This document shows positions 49,454 to 59,763 of a stretch of 64,000 nucleotides of DNA, piece after piece. The position numbers and the translations under genes were made by a program. The stretch's first letter is position 1, and each line of letters starts with the position of its first letter. The stretch is from the NCBI GenBank assembly GCA_028288285.1, contig JAQBNZ010000129.1, positions 31,390 to 95,389 on the forward strand. Reading direction: 5' to 3'. Origin of the DNA: Mucilaginibacter sp. (GTDB lineage: Bacteria > Bacteroidota > Bacteroidia > Sphingobacteriales > Sphingobacteriaceae). The notes beneath the pieces were generated by a model. That model saw nothing but the letters and a program-made list of their open reading frames with translations. It had not been told where the DNA came from and searched no databases.

Positions 49454-50647
49454 TTTTAATTGATGCTGAACCGGTGGCTTTGCTTTACCAAATACGGTAC
49501 GGCCGCCATATTTCCATGATTCATTTCTTTCTTTTTCAATAACCTGGTCAAAGTTGGCGTTGGGAGTAAAATCTTTTTCGGCAGCCTGGGCAATGTTGGT
49601 TAGGCGTTTTATAGCCTCACTTTTTTCTGATTGCCCCAGCTTGGCTTTATGTATTGCAGTTTGCAAAGTACCAATAGTTTCGTCATAAACTTTTATAGGA
49701 ACGGGGAATGGGTGGCCATCTTTACCACCATGTGCGAATGAAAACCTCGCCGGGTCTTTGAAGCGGGATGGTGTGCCATGAATTACCTCACTTACTAACG
49801 CTAAAGATTGCAGCGTTCGCGGTCCTAAACCTTGCAGTAATATCAACTCCTCAAAATCTTTTGGCTGCTTTTCGTGCGCCAGCCATAACACCGCGCCTAA
49901 CCGTTTCAAGTCTACATCTTTTGCTTTTACCTCATGATGATTGGGCATTACCAGCTTGTTTATTTCCTTCAACATCCTATCTGGTTGCTCCGCGGCTATC
50001 TGCATTATACCTGTTCGGCTGCTATCGGCCTGCTTATCGGCCATGTTTAATATATAGCCGTTGTTTTTTCCGTAGATGCTGGTATGCGGGTCATCAACAA
50101 AAGAGGTAAGCTGTTCCGAGTGCCAGTGGTAGCGGCGGGCGGTACTGCTTTGGTCGCTCATGCCTTGCTGTATTACGGCCCATTTACCGGTATTGCTCAA
50201 AATAAAGTTGTGAGTGTATAACTGAAAGCCATCCTGGATGGCAGTATTATCAATTTTCGCACTAAGCTTGCTGCACCTAACCAGGTAATTACCATCAAGC
50301 CCTGTAGCGTTGCCAATGTTTAATAATTCTTCGGGTGTACGCTTAGATGCTTTGCCTTTGCCGCCGCAAATATAAATACCCAGTTCGCGGCTATGTGGAT
50401 TTACGGTACGCTTTAAGGCGCCCATTACAGAAGTAGTAATACCGGATGAATGCCAGTCCATGCCCATAACAGCACCCAGGCTTTGAAACCAAAATGGATC
50501 GCTCAGGCGGCGCAATACTTCGTCCTTTCCGTAATCCATCACAATATTTTCAATTACGGCTAAACCCAGCTTGCCCATTCTTTCGGCAAGCCATAAAGGC
50601 ACATAACCATAATGCAAAGGCAAATCAGCACTTCCCGAACGTTTCAT
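49445..50647 (-). CDS. DUF763 domain protein
   Basis: ADLPLHYG, GMDWHSSGITT, GGKG, QDGFQLY, GLGPRT, DPARFSFAHGGKDGHPFPV. Confidence 0.9.
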   Translation of the reverse strand: MKRSGSADLPLHYGYVPLWLAERMGKLGLAVIENIVMDYGKDEVLRRLSDPFWFQSLGAVMGMDWHSSGITTSVMGALKRTVNPHSRELGIYICGGKGKASKRTPEELLNIGNATGLDGNYLVRCSKLSAKIDNTAIQDGFQLYTHNFILSNTGKWAVIQQGMSDQSSTARRYHWHSEQLTSFVDDPHTSIYGKNNGYILNMADKQADSSRTGIMQIAAEQPDRMLKEINKLVMPNHHEVKAKDVDLKRLGAVLWLAHEKQPKDFEELILLQGLGPRTLQSLALVSEVIHGTPSRFKDPARFSFAHGGKDGHPFPVPIKVYDETIGTLQTAIHKAKLGQSEKSEAIKRLTNIAQAAEKDFTPNANFDQVIEKERNESWKYGGRTVFGKAKPPVQHQLKLF

Positions 50648-50663
50648 ACTAACAAATTTAGTA
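50647..50663. promoter_or_regulatory. Palindromic operator CTAA-N5-TTAG at the DUF763 start
   Basis: TACTAA-CAAAT-TTAGTA abutting the start codon. Confidence 0.65.
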
Positions 50664-50788
50664 ATTTGTTAGCGTTTTTAATATTGTTTATGTAAAATAA
50701 ATAACGGGTTATTTTAGTATTGTAACTTTTAATTAAAAATATTGCAAACAAATACACATAATTGGGAATTGAACTTTAAAAAGCAATT

Positions 50789-51550
50789 ATGAAAAAGATA
50801 TTTATAATCCTATTAATATCAGTAAGCATATTTGGCGCATCGTCAGCAAATGCTCAAAATTCTGATACTACCGGAAGCAGGCATTGGTTTAAACATGATG
50901 TAGCAGGGGCTATGCAGATACAGGCAACTTACAGGAAGACCAATCTGAACCAGTTGAACCAAATACTCAACAGTAACAATATCCCTTCATTATCACATAA
51001 TAATATCTGGATCAATGCTTCTATGAGCCATATATTTAAAAAATTTATTGTTGAAGATGGTATAGGTTTTACTCCCATAACTTCATCAGAGGCTAATGGT
51101 ATAAAAGCAAAATATAACCAATACCAGGCCTTTTTAAGATTTGGATATAACATTGCAGAAAGCTCCAGTTACAGACTATACCCTTTTGCCGGGGTAAATT
51201 TTTCGGCAGTTGTATTAGGGATAAAAGATAATGCCCGCATAAATAATACTACCGATTTTTCCCAGGAGATATTAAACAGTACTTCAAGCAAAACCTTTTA
51301 TCAGCCAAACTTTGGGATAGATTTGGGTGCTGGTTTTGATTATCTGATAAAAGCAAAATCAAAGCAGATGGACAACTTTGAGGTTGAGCGTAATATTCCT
51401 ATTGGAGTAAGAGTGGGCTATTATATTAACGCTTACCAAGGCGACTGGAAGATTGAAAACCATTCCCTACAGAACGGGCCAAGCAATAAAAACAGTGCTT
51501 TTTTTGTCACGTTTAATATAGGCTTAGGCTACCATATCAGTAAAAGATAG
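50789..51550 (+). CDS. Hypothetical outer-membrane beta-barrel protein
   Basis: Signal peptide and alternating beta-strand patterns (LRFGYN, LYPFAGVN, VRVGYY, FNIGLGY). Confidence 0.7.
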   Translation: MKKIFIILLISVSIFGASSANAQNSDTTGSRHWFKHDVAGAMQIQATYRKTNLNQLNQILNSNNIPSLSHNNIWINASMSHIFKKFIVEDGIGFTPITSSEANGIKAKYNQYQAFLRFGYNIAESSSYRLYPFAGVNFSAVVLGIKDNARINNTTDFSQEILNSTSSKTFYQPNFGIDLGAGFDYLIKAKSKQMDNFEVERNIPIGVRVGYYINAYQGDWKIENHSLQNGPSNKNSAFFVTFNIGLGYHISKR

Positions 51551-51589
51551 AAACTATTATCACCTGCCAAAGTTAGTTATTAACGAGTT

Positions 51590-51646
51590 TCTGTTCCGCT
51601 TCTGTTCCGCTTTGTTCCGCTTTTAGCGGAACGGAACAGTGGCGGA
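51590..51646. repeat. TGTTCCGCT short tandem/inverted repeat between convergent genes
   Basis: Three TGTTCCGCT units followed by the complementary GCGGAACGGAACA. Confidence 0.65.
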
Positions 51647-51648
51647 TT

Positions 51649-52104
51649 TTATATTTCAAATGCATACTTAGCATCGCTCCAAAACTCATCAAGTGCAATA
51701 ATGCGAGGTTTAAAGAACGAGATCAGTTTGGGCCAGTCTTCCTTTTGATAGATGCTTACCGGCGAAATTTCTTTGTATATCCGGCTAATGGTTTTACCAT
51801 ATTCGTCGGTAGTGTGCAGTTGCCATTCCCAGTCTTCGTTAAGTGTACTGTGCAGTACATTTTTGTAGGTAGCAAATTGCTCAAAAAATAACTGTTGCAG
51901 CTCTTTATCCGGGTGGGTAATTTCAATAGAAATACCTGCTGCTTTATTATCAGCCTGCATCCTGAAAAAGATATGCTTTACACCTGTTTTGTAATTAACC
52001 CAGTTGGTCCTTAATCCTTCTGCAGATAAAACAGGGCCCATGTACTGCCCAAAAGCTGTCCAGAATGCTTGTCTTAATTGTGATGCCTGCTCTTTGCTAT
52101 ACAT
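51649..52104 (-). CDS. DUF4268 domain protein
   Basis: MYSKEQA..FWTAFG, NWVNYKTG, LDEFW. Confidence 0.85.
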   Translation of the reverse strand: MYSKEQASQLRQAFWTAFGQYMGPVLSAEGLRTNWVNYKTGVKHIFFRMQADNKAAGISIEITHPDKELQQLFFEQFATYKNVLHSTLNEDWEWQLHTTDEYGKTISRIYKEISPVSIYQKEDWPKLISFFKPRIIALDEFWSDAKYAFEI

Positions 52105-52334
52105 GGTTATTATTTATTGGGGCGAAGTAGTTTAATTTAACCACAGAGGCCACAAAGGAAAATTACAGAGTGACACAGAGATCTTAAATAGAGATAATAA
52201 TGAATCATAAGTCTTTTGTGGTAAAACTATTTTTTATTGATTTAACCTTGAATAGGTGTACAAAGTAGTTTAAAATATTTCGGTTAATAAAATCAGCCCG
52301 AATAATTACATTAGCAAATCCAATGTAATACCAA

Positions 52335-53822
52335 ATGAAATACCTTTTGCTGCTATTATTCCCGTTAATAACCATTACTGTTTTTTGCCAACAGGCTCCA
52401 AAACCTTATGGACCCTTACCTACAAAAGCCCAACTAAACTGGCAGGAAACCGGTATGTACTGTATTATTCACTGGGGGCCGGATACTTACACAGATAAAG
52501 AGTGGGGCTATGGAGATGAAGATCCTAAGCTGGTAAACCCAGCCCAATTTAGCGCGATGCAAATTGTTAGCGCGGCAAAAGCCGGTGGTTTTAAAGGTGT
52601 TATAGTAGTTGCCAAGCATCATGATGGTTTTTGCCTTTGGCCAACCAAAACAACTACGCATAATATTTCAAACAGTCCTTATAAAAACGGTAAAGGTGAT
52701 ATTTTGAAAGAGTACCGCGAAGCCTGTAACAAACTGGGAATGAAAATGGGGGTATATTGCTCACCATGGGACAGGAACAGTCCGCTTTATGGCAAGCCTG
52801 AATATGTTACCAAAGTTTACCGGGAGCAATTGAGAGAATTGTATGCCAGTTATGGCCCCTTGTTTATATCATGGCATGATGGTGCAAATGGCGGCGACGG
52901 GTATTACGGTGGTGCTAAAGAGGTACGTAAAATAGATCGATCTACCTATTACGGCTGGGACGAAACCTGGGGCATTACACGTAAAATGCAGCCGGGAGCC
53001 GTGTTGTTCGGTGATGTTGGCCCCGATGTGAGATGGGTAGGTAACGAAAAAGGTATTGCCGGCGAAACCAGTTGGGCAACTTATACACCTCATGCCCCTG
53101 ATGAAGGAAAAAAGCCAGGTAATGGCTATGTAAAAGACTATGAGGGAACCGAGGGCCACCGCGATGGTAAATACTGGATGCCTGCCGAATGTGATGTAGC
53201 ATTGCGCCCGGGTTGGTTTTACCATGCGCGGCAGGATGATTCTGTTAAAACACCACAAACTTTACTTGACCTATATTACAAAAGTGTAGGTCGCGGTGCT
53301 TGCCTGGATCTGGGTTTAGCGCCGGATAGGCGCGGGCTGTTGAATGAGCATGATGTTAATTCATTAAAGCACTTTGGTAACATATTGAAGGAAACCTTTG
53401 CGGTAAACCTGGCTAAAAGGGCAACGTTAATACCCAGCAATATAAGAGCAGGAAGCAAGGCGGATTTTGGTGCAGATAATCTGTTGGATAATAACCGATA
53501 TAGTTATTGGGCTACTGATGATAAAATTACGACACCTCAACTGGTGCTTGATCTGCATCAACCTAAAACATTTAACGTGATACGCCTGCGCGAAAATATA
53601 AAATTGGGCCAGCGTATTGAGGAGGTAGCTGTTGATGCCTGGCAGAACGGCAAATGGAACCAAATTGCCAAAGCCACAAGTATAGGTGGTAACCGATTAA
53701 TAAGATTGCCACAAGATGTAAAAGCCAGCAAAGTAAGGCTGCGCATTACCAAATCGCCGGTTTGTATTGCCTTGAGCGATTTTGGATTGTATAGAGAAAA
53801 AATTTATCCACCTGCTAAGTAA
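52335..53822 (+). CDS. Alpha-L-fucosidase (GH29) with C-terminal F5/8 type C domain
   Basis: KHHDGFCLW, YCSPWD, WHDGA, RWVGNEKG, PAECDV..RPGWFYH, SVGRG. Confidence 0.92.
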   Translation: MKYLLLLLFPLITITVFCQQAPKPYGPLPTKAQLNWQETGMYCIIHWGPDTYTDKEWGYGDEDPKLVNPAQFSAMQIVSAAKAGGFKGVIVVAKHHDGFCLWPTKTTTHNISNSPYKNGKGDILKEYREACNKLGMKMGVYCSPWDRNSPLYGKPEYVTKVYREQLRELYASYGPLFISWHDGANGGDGYYGGAKEVRKIDRSTYYGWDETWGITRKMQPGAVLFGDVGPDVRWVGNEKGIAGETSWATYTPHAPDEGKKPGNGYVKDYEGTEGHRDGKYWMPAECDVALRPGWFYHARQDDSVKTPQTLLDLYYKSVGRGACLDLGLAPDRRGLLNEHDVNSLKHFGNILKETFAVNLAKRATLIPSNIRAGSKADFGADNLLDNNRYSYWATDDKITTPQLVLDLHQPKTFNVIRLRENIKLGQRIEEVAVDAWQNGKWNQIAKATSIGGNRLIRLPQDVKASKVRLRITKSPVCIALSDFGLYREKIYPPAK

Positions 53823-53834
53823 TAGCCAATTAAT

Positions 53835-54737
53835 ATGAAAGTTATAACCTGTTCATTAATAATAGTTTATTGTATCTTATTTTTATCTTTTGATAAAGTA
53901 CTGGGGCAATCAACCACCCTGTTTGATTCGCAAAGCAAACCACAGTTAGTATCAAAACAGTTTGCATTTACTGAGGGGCCCGCCGTAGATAAAAAAGGAA
54001 ATATCTTTTTTACCGACCAGCCTAATAACAAAATATGGAAATATGATACTGATGGCAAATTATCAGTATTTATGGATAGCGCAGGCAGGGCCAACGGAAC
54101 ATACTTTGATAAAAAAGGCAATCTTATTGTTTGTGCCGATGAACATGACCAAATGTGGCAGATAAAACCCAATAAAGAAGTTAAGGTACTGATAAAGGAT
54201 TTTGGTGGGCATTTACTGAATGGGCCTAATGATCTTTGGATACACCCCAACGGAAACATATATTTTACCGACCCGTATTACCAACGCCCCTGGTGGACAC
54301 GTACCAAACCTGATCTTGATAATCAAAAAGTATTTTATTTGCCAAAAGGAAAAACTCAGCCAATAGCTTTAGAGGACAGTCTGAAAAAGCCAAACGGTAT
54401 AGTAGGCACGCCAGATGGTAAAATTTTATATGTTGCCGATATTGGAGATAATAAGATCTATAAGTTCAATATTAATGCCGATGGTGCCTTAAGTAATAAG
54501 AGCATTTACGTTAAACAAGGTGCAGATGGCATTACGCTTGATGCACTGGGTAACCTTTACCTGGCAGGTAATGGCATTACTATTTACAATTCGCAAGGCG
54601 AAAAAATAGCACACATCGATATTCCCGAACCCTGGAGTGCCAACGTATGTTTCGGTGGTAAAAACAGGGATGTACTTTTTATTACAGCATCAACCGCTAT
54701 TTACACCATGAAAATGAATGTAAAAGGAGTGGAGTAA
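53835..54737 (+). CDS. SMP-30/gluconolactonase/LRE family protein
   Basis: FTEGP, GPNDL, FTDP, PNGI, ADGI, NVCFGG. Confidence 0.9.
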   Translation: MKVITCSLIIVYCILFLSFDKVLGQSTTLFDSQSKPQLVSKQFAFTEGPAVDKKGNIFFTDQPNNKIWKYDTDGKLSVFMDSAGRANGTYFDKKGNLIVCADEHDQMWQIKPNKEVKVLIKDFGGHLLNGPNDLWIHPNGNIYFTDPYYQRPWWTRTKPDLDNQKVFYLPKGKTQPIALEDSLKKPNGIVGTPDGKILYVADIGDNKIYKFNINADGALSNKSIYVKQGADGITLDALGNLYLAGNGITIYNSQGEKIAHIDIPEPWSANVCFGGKNRDVLFITASTAIYTMKMNVKGVE

Positions 54738-54755
54738 GGAATTGTTATAATAAAT

Positions 54756-54868
54756 ATGTCATTGCGAAGCCCGAGCGTGGAATTGTGTGGTGGTGGGCTG
54801 TGGCAATCTCGTCGTATACAAGGCGTTCATGTTAGCTACGAGATTGCCGCGCTATCGCTCAATGACAT
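54756..54868. repeat. GTCATTGCGA-type REP-like palindromic element
   Basis: Terminal ATGTCATTG/CAATGACAT and inner GGCAATCTCGT/ACGAGATTGCC inverted repeats between convergent genes. Confidence 0.75.
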
Positions 54869-54883
54869 TAAATAAATTATATA

Positions 54884-56059
54884 CTACATTTTCCGCTGCG
54901 ACTTTTCCCACATGGAACTTTGCCTTTTGGTGAAATACCTGATAATGCCCATTAGTACAGCATAATTCATTACACAAAAATAGTAGGGGATAAAGAGCAC
55001 CTTAATCCGTAGCTGCCTTTTCTCCAGTATAAATCCTAAAATAGCGGATAGGTAAAATGCTACCTGTGCTACAAACATAAGCTGGTAAAAAACGCTATCG
55101 CCTGCAAAGGCTAACGCAAAATTGGTAATAAAAGCTATAATCAAAAAGAAGGGTGTAACCGTCCACCTCAATACCCGGTGACTCACATATTGAAATGAGA
55201 GAACAGGATATTTAAACGAAAATAACAATGGTTTTAAGCGCAAGATAGATTGTATGCCACCTGCAGCAATCCTTATCTTTCTTTTCAGTTCTTCGGTTAC
55301 GTTTTCTGATGCGTTTTCCAAAGCATATGCATCCGGCTCATAAATAATGCGGTAACCTTTGGCGGCTATCTGCATAGATATCATAAAGTCATCTAAAATA
55401 GTATCGGCAGGTACATCTTCATAAAGCTCCCGCCTCACACTAAACAGCTCACCAGCTGCACCAACTACAGAATATAATTCCGAATCCCATTTTTTTAATG
55501 CCGATTCATATTTCCAGTAAAAACCTTCACCGGCGGCGCTGGCATCGGCATTAGCATCAATCTGTACCCGTTTTTCGCCTGCTACTGCACCCACAGTCTT
55601 ATCAGAGTAATGACGGCATATACGGGTAATAGCCTCAGGGTTTAAAAATGTATTAGCATCGGTGAATACTACAACTTCAGTGGTCACAAATTCCATAGCA
55701 CGGTGTATGGCGGCAATTTTACCGGCACGTTCCGGGCGGTGCAATAACTGTATCTCAGGATATTGACTAATAATATCCGGCGTTTTATCGTTAGAACCGT
55801 CGGTAACAAAAAGAAACTTTAATTTACCGGCAGGGTAGTTCAACTGCAGGCAGTTGGCAATTTTACTGGCCATATAATGCTCTTCGTTATATGCAGCTAC
55901 AACAAGGGTACATTCTGGTAACTGATCATCTGTAACAACAGGTAATACCGGTTTGCCTTTCAATGATCTTTTAATTTTAATAATGAAATATAAAAGTATG
56001 CCATAGCCTGCAAAGGTGTAAAATGCTATAAGCAGACTAATCCAAAATGCTATTTTCAT
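54884..56059 (-). CDS. Membrane GT2 glycosyltransferase (CesA/PgaC-like)
   Basis: AAYNEE, TDGS, FTDAN, LDDF, RKIRIAAG, flanking TMs. Confidence 0.9.
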   Translation of the reverse strand: MKIAFWISLLIAFYTFAGYGILLYFIIKIKRSLKGKPVLPVVTDDQLPECTLVVAAYNEEHYMASKIANCLQLNYPAGKLKFLFVTDGSNDKTPDIISQYPEIQLLHRPERAGKIAAIHRAMEFVTTEVVVFTDANTFLNPEAITRICRHYSDKTVGAVAGEKRVQIDANADASAAGEGFYWKYESALKKWDSELYSVVGAAGELFSVRRELYEDVPADTILDDFMISMQIAAKGYRIIYEPDAYALENASENVTEELKRKIRIAAGGIQSILRLKPLLFSFKYPVLSFQYVSHRVLRWTVTPFFLIIAFITNFALAFAGDSVFYQLMFVAQVAFYLSAILGFILEKRQLRIKVLFIPYYFCVMNYAVLMGIIRYFTKRQSSMWEKSQRKM

Positions 56060-56979
56060 GAAGTTTTATTAAGTGTGTAGCCCAGGTCATTACTGGTTTT
56101 GCTGTGTGTAACATTCCACCAAACAGCCCGCAATAATAATGGTATAAAGTTGAATCTTTTTCCTTTAATGTAGTTGATAATGTTGCGGGGGGCTACTACC
56201 AGCACAAAGTAAATATAAAATACCAGGGCTTTAAAAAACGGCGCATTCCTGCGTATAAAAAGTATGCGGTTACGGTTCATAAAGTATTCTTTAACAGGGC
56301 TGTTCTTACCCACACTTATGGATTCTTTATGAAATATTACCGCACTGCCACATATCCAGGCCTGGAAGCCGGCATGGTTAATGCGCTCGCCCCAGTCAAC
56401 CTCTTCAAAGTATAAAAAAAAGTTCTCGGCCATTAAACCGACTTTTGCAATAGCTTCACGTTTTATCATCATGGCTGCGCCGTGGCAGTAGCCTGTTTGG
56501 CCAATAAAATTTTCGTATTGGCCATTATCTTTTTTCCCCTTTCCAATAGCGGTGTTGCGGCCGGTGAAATAATTAACCAAAGTAAAACCTGCATATTGTA
56601 TCAGGCTTTTATCGTTATAATATTTTATGAGGGGCGATATAACACCAATCTGAGGGTTGGCATTCAGTGTCTTAACTAATTTTTCAACCAGGCCAGGTGT
56701 AAACTCAGTATCGTTATTAACCAGGAAAAAATAATCGCCAGTAGCATTTTCAATGCCCAGATTATTACCACCCGCGAAACCCAAATTTATATCTGAACGT
56801 ATAAATTTAATATCAGTATATTTAGTGGTCCACTGGGGTACAGGATTTATTGTACTTGCATTATCAACTACAATTATCTCTATATTTTTATAGGTATTTG
56901 TTTCGGTAATTGAATTTAAAAGTTCTTCTGTTATTTGAGAATGATTAAAATTAACAGTGATAACAGAAACTTTGGTCAT
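56056..56979 (-). CDS. Glycosyltransferase family 2
   Basis: VVDNAS, NLGFAGGNN, VNND, FLYFEEVDW. Confidence 0.9.
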   Translation of the reverse strand: MTKVSVITVNFNHSQITEELLNSITETNTYKNIEIIVVDNASTINPVPQWTTKYTDIKFIRSDINLGFAGGNNLGIENATGDYFFLVNNDTEFTPGLVEKLVKTLNANPQIGVISPLIKYYNDKSLIQYAGFTLVNYFTGRNTAIGKGKKDNGQYENFIGQTGYCHGAAMMIKREAIAKVGLMAENFFLYFEEVDWGERINHAGFQAWICGSAVIFHKESISVGKNSPVKEYFMNRNRILFIRRNAPFFKALVFYIYFVLVVAPRNIINYIKGKRFNFIPLLLRAVWWNVTHSKTSNDLGYTLNKTS

Positions 56980-57045
56980 ATTGCGTAATATATTTAAACG
57001 TTATAATATTAATAAAAGTTAGCCACTTAAGCGCCATTTACTACA

Positions 57046-57546
57046 TTGGATAATAAACAAATTGTTGATGAGGCCGCATTGTTGGAGTTGAAAGCCGATG
57101 AGCTGGTAGTTTTACTTCAAAAAAGTGTTGTAGATAAGGATAGGGCAAGAGCCATACAAGAAAAAATATATCATGCGCTTGACAAGGATTCCATCCCCCG
57201 AAGAATTGAAGCTTTTAAGGAACTGGATGCTGTTGACGACCGGCTTGAACTGTTGAACGAATTTGAATATCTGCTATCACATCACCAGTTGGATAGTAAA
57301 ACTTCCAAAAAATATCTTTCACAAGAGCGACTTAAAAATTGGGTACTGATTGTAATAGGAATTATCATGATTACCCTGGGAATGGCCATGATTATTATGC
57401 CCGCACCGCCTTATTTTGAAATGTTTACTATTTTTTACTTTAATCCAAACGATGGGGTCACTTTAATGGACCTTATTGCCTTGCTTATTGTATTTACGGG
57501 TGTATATTTGTTCTTAAGTTCTGTGCTAAAAAAACAGGCTCAATAA
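57046..57546 (+). CDS. Hypothetical membrane protein (two C-terminal TMs)
   Basis: TTG-start ORF co-oriented with the partner-switch genes. Confidence 0.7.
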   Translation: MDNKQIVDEAALLELKADELVVLLQKSVVDKDRARAIQEKIYHALDKDSIPRRIEAFKELDAVDDRLELLNEFEYLLSHHQLDSKTSKKYLSQERLKNWVLIVIGIIMITLGMAMIIMPAPPYFEMFTIFYFNPNDGVTLMDLIALLIVFTGVYLFLSSVLKKQAQ

Positions 57547-57556
57547 CCCTAATTAA

Positions 57557-58690
57557 ATGCCTGTATCAAAAAAAATCCTGTTAGTTGATGATAACCAGCT
57601 GGTTTTAGAAATGATGGGAAGGGCGCTGGACAAAGAGGGCTTTTATTGTATGAAAGCCATATCTGCCAGCGCAGCTATGGATATGCTTAAGCTGGACACA
57701 CCCGACATTATCCTGTCAGACTATCATATGCCAGATATGAATGGTTTTCAATTCAGGCAAAATTTGATCGGGATGCCTGATTATAGCGACATCCCTTTCA
57801 TGTTTCTAACATCAGAAGGTGATAATAATTTAATGCTCGAAGGTATCAATCTTGAAGCTGTAGACTATATTTTGAAGGGTACTCCTGTACCTGTTATAGT
57901 ATCTAAAATAAATAATTTTTTACATACCGTACGTGAGCAGCATGAACGTGCACTTAAAGAGTTAAGTAAGGCTGCTGTATCTTTAAATCTTAACTCAATA
58001 CCTCAAAAAAATCCAATTGTAAAAGGGTTTGATGTTGATTTTTGGCATAAGCCATTTCAAAACTATCCCGGTGGCGACTTTATAGACTTTATTACCATAA
58101 ATGAACAATATACCTTTGTTGTATTGGGTGATGTAATGGGTAAAAAGTGGGGAGCCTGGTATTTTTCGTTCGGTTTTTTAAGCTACATAAGGGCAGCCGT
58201 GCGTATTTGCATCTCCGAAGGGAACTTTTCTACAAAAAGCATCCTTCAAAAAATAAACGCAGTGGTATATCATGATCCGGTAGTAAACGATGTACTATCA
58301 AGCCTGTCGCTCATTATGATTGATACGGTTGATGCTTCAATAAAATATTCTGGTGCCGGAGATTTGCCATTGTTGTACTATAATTCCGCAGAAAAGACAA
58401 CGGTTCAGATTACCTCGGCAGGCATGTTATTGGGCTTGATGCCCGATGGGGATTTTGACGAATTTATACTAAAACTAAACACCGGCGACCAAATATTTCT
58501 ATTAACGGATGGAATAATTGATTTTGAAGGGGTGGAAGGCAAAAGAACCGATTATAATACGTTTATTACAGCGATTACACCATATTTGGGTGAATCATTT
58601 TCGGAATTTAAAAAGGGTAACTTTTTAAAGGAAAAAACAATAGCGCATGTTGATGATTGCAGTTTAATTTTTTTACAAAAAATAGCTTAA
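57557..58690 (+). CDS. Receiver-PP2C phosphatase (RsbU/SpoIIE family)
   Basis: Receiver (LLVDD, LSDYHMP), GGDF, GDVMG, LTDG, DDCS. Confidence 0.9.
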   Translation: MPVSKKILLVDDNQLVLEMMGRALDKEGFYCMKAISASAAMDMLKLDTPDIILSDYHMPDMNGFQFRQNLIGMPDYSDIPFMFLTSEGDNNLMLEGINLEAVDYILKGTPVPVIVSKINNFLHTVREQHERALKELSKAAVSLNLNSIPQKNPIVKGFDVDFWHKPFQNYPGGDFIDFITINEQYTFVVLGDVMGKKWGAWYFSFGFLSYIRAAVRICISEGNFSTKSILQKINAVVYHDPVVNDVLSSLSLIMIDTVDASIKYSGAGDLPLLYYNSAEKTTVQITSAGMLLGLMPDGDFDEFILKLNTGDQIFLLTDGIIDFEGVEGKRTDYNTFITAITPYLGESFSEFKKGNFLKEKTIAHVDDCSLIFLQKIA

Positions 58691-59031
58691 TGATACTTAC
58701 AACAAACACTAACAAAAATGCTTTAATAGCTAATGTTGAGGCAAAAGAAGCAAATCTTACTGTTGCAGATAATTTAAAGGAAGAATTAGTAGCGCTGATT
58801 GATAAGGGTAACAAGTTTATTGTGGTTAATTTTGAAAATGTAGTTTATGTTGATAGCTCCTTTTTAGGGGCATTGGTATCATCACTTAAATACGCTATTG
58901 CCAACCAGGCCGATATTGTTATTGCCGGTTTAAACAAGGATATCTTTGCCCTGTTTCAATTGATAAGACTGGATAAGGCTTTTAAAATATTTACAACTGC
59001 TGACGAGGCGGCTGCAAGTAAAGCGTTGTAA
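58690..59031 (+). CDS. STAS-domain anti-anti-sigma factor
   Basis: YVDSSFLGAL phosphoacceptor motif, LIRLDKAF; ATG overlaps the upstream TAA. Confidence 0.9.
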   Translation: MILTTNTNKNALIANVEAKEANLTVADNLKEELVALIDKGNKFIVVNFENVVYVDSSFLGALVSSLKYAIANQADIVIAGLNKDIFALFQLIRLDKAFKIFTTADEAAASKAL

Positions 59032-59032
59032 C

Positions 59033-59596
59033 ATGCCCGGCGAATCATTTAAAAAGTTTGTTTTTACTAACAATGCAGATGCGTTATATCCGCTTAGTGT
59101 GGATATTATTGACCATTTAAAGCAACAAGTAAGCCCCGATGAAGCAGCCATACAGAAGTTAAGAATGGTTTTAATAGAACTGTTAACTAACGCTATAAAG
59201 CATTCTGGAAATAACGAAACTATTATTGAGGTATCAACAACTGCTCACAGCATCAATTTAAAAAAGACAGATCAGGGAAATACATTTGCCTTTACAACTG
59301 ATGGAGTTAAATTGGAATGGCCGTTGCCGGGAAATCATCACATGGGCCGAGTAGTTAGTATTTATGGTGACAATAATTGTACTTTAAAAGGCAATTTGGA
59401 AAATAATTGGAGTATTAACTTTTTTATAGAAGAGCATGCGGATACGGAAGCAATGGATAATGCAATTACATCTCTTCCAGAACACTTCGGACTAATGATA
59501 ATTACAAAGGCGTGTGATAATTTTACGTACAAATTTGATATTGATACCTGTACCAATAATTTTATTGCTACTATTAATACCGTAACAAGCAATTAA
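59033..59596 (+). CDS. RsbW-like anti-sigma/Ser kinase (HATPase_c_2)
   Basis: ELLTNAIKHS, TDQG, HFGLMII. Confidence 0.8.
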   Translation: MPGESFKKFVFTNNADALYPLSVDIIDHLKQQVSPDEAAIQKLRMVLIELLTNAIKHSGNNETIIEVSTTAHSINLKKTDQGNTFAFTTDGVKLEWPLPGNHHMGRVVSIYGDNNCTLKGNLENNWSINFFIEEHADTEAMDNAITSLPEHFGLMIITKACDNFTYKFDIDTCTNNFIATINTVTSN

Positions 59597-59763
59597 ATAC
59601 TTATATCCATATCTGCAGTATACATAATAAACTGTTTTCTCCTTGGTTAAAAAGCACTTTCAAAAGGTTAGTAAAAGTAAAACTATAGCCATTTTTAAAT
59701 GAATATTTGACTTATAATATCCATCTGTTTTTTATAAATTTAAATATCAATCACAATTGATAT

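Noticed and set aside
51590-51646. Mini-CRISPR or iteron
   Set aside because: Three adjacent 9-mers with a complementary arm and no spacers or rep gene; better explained as an intergenic repeat or terminator.
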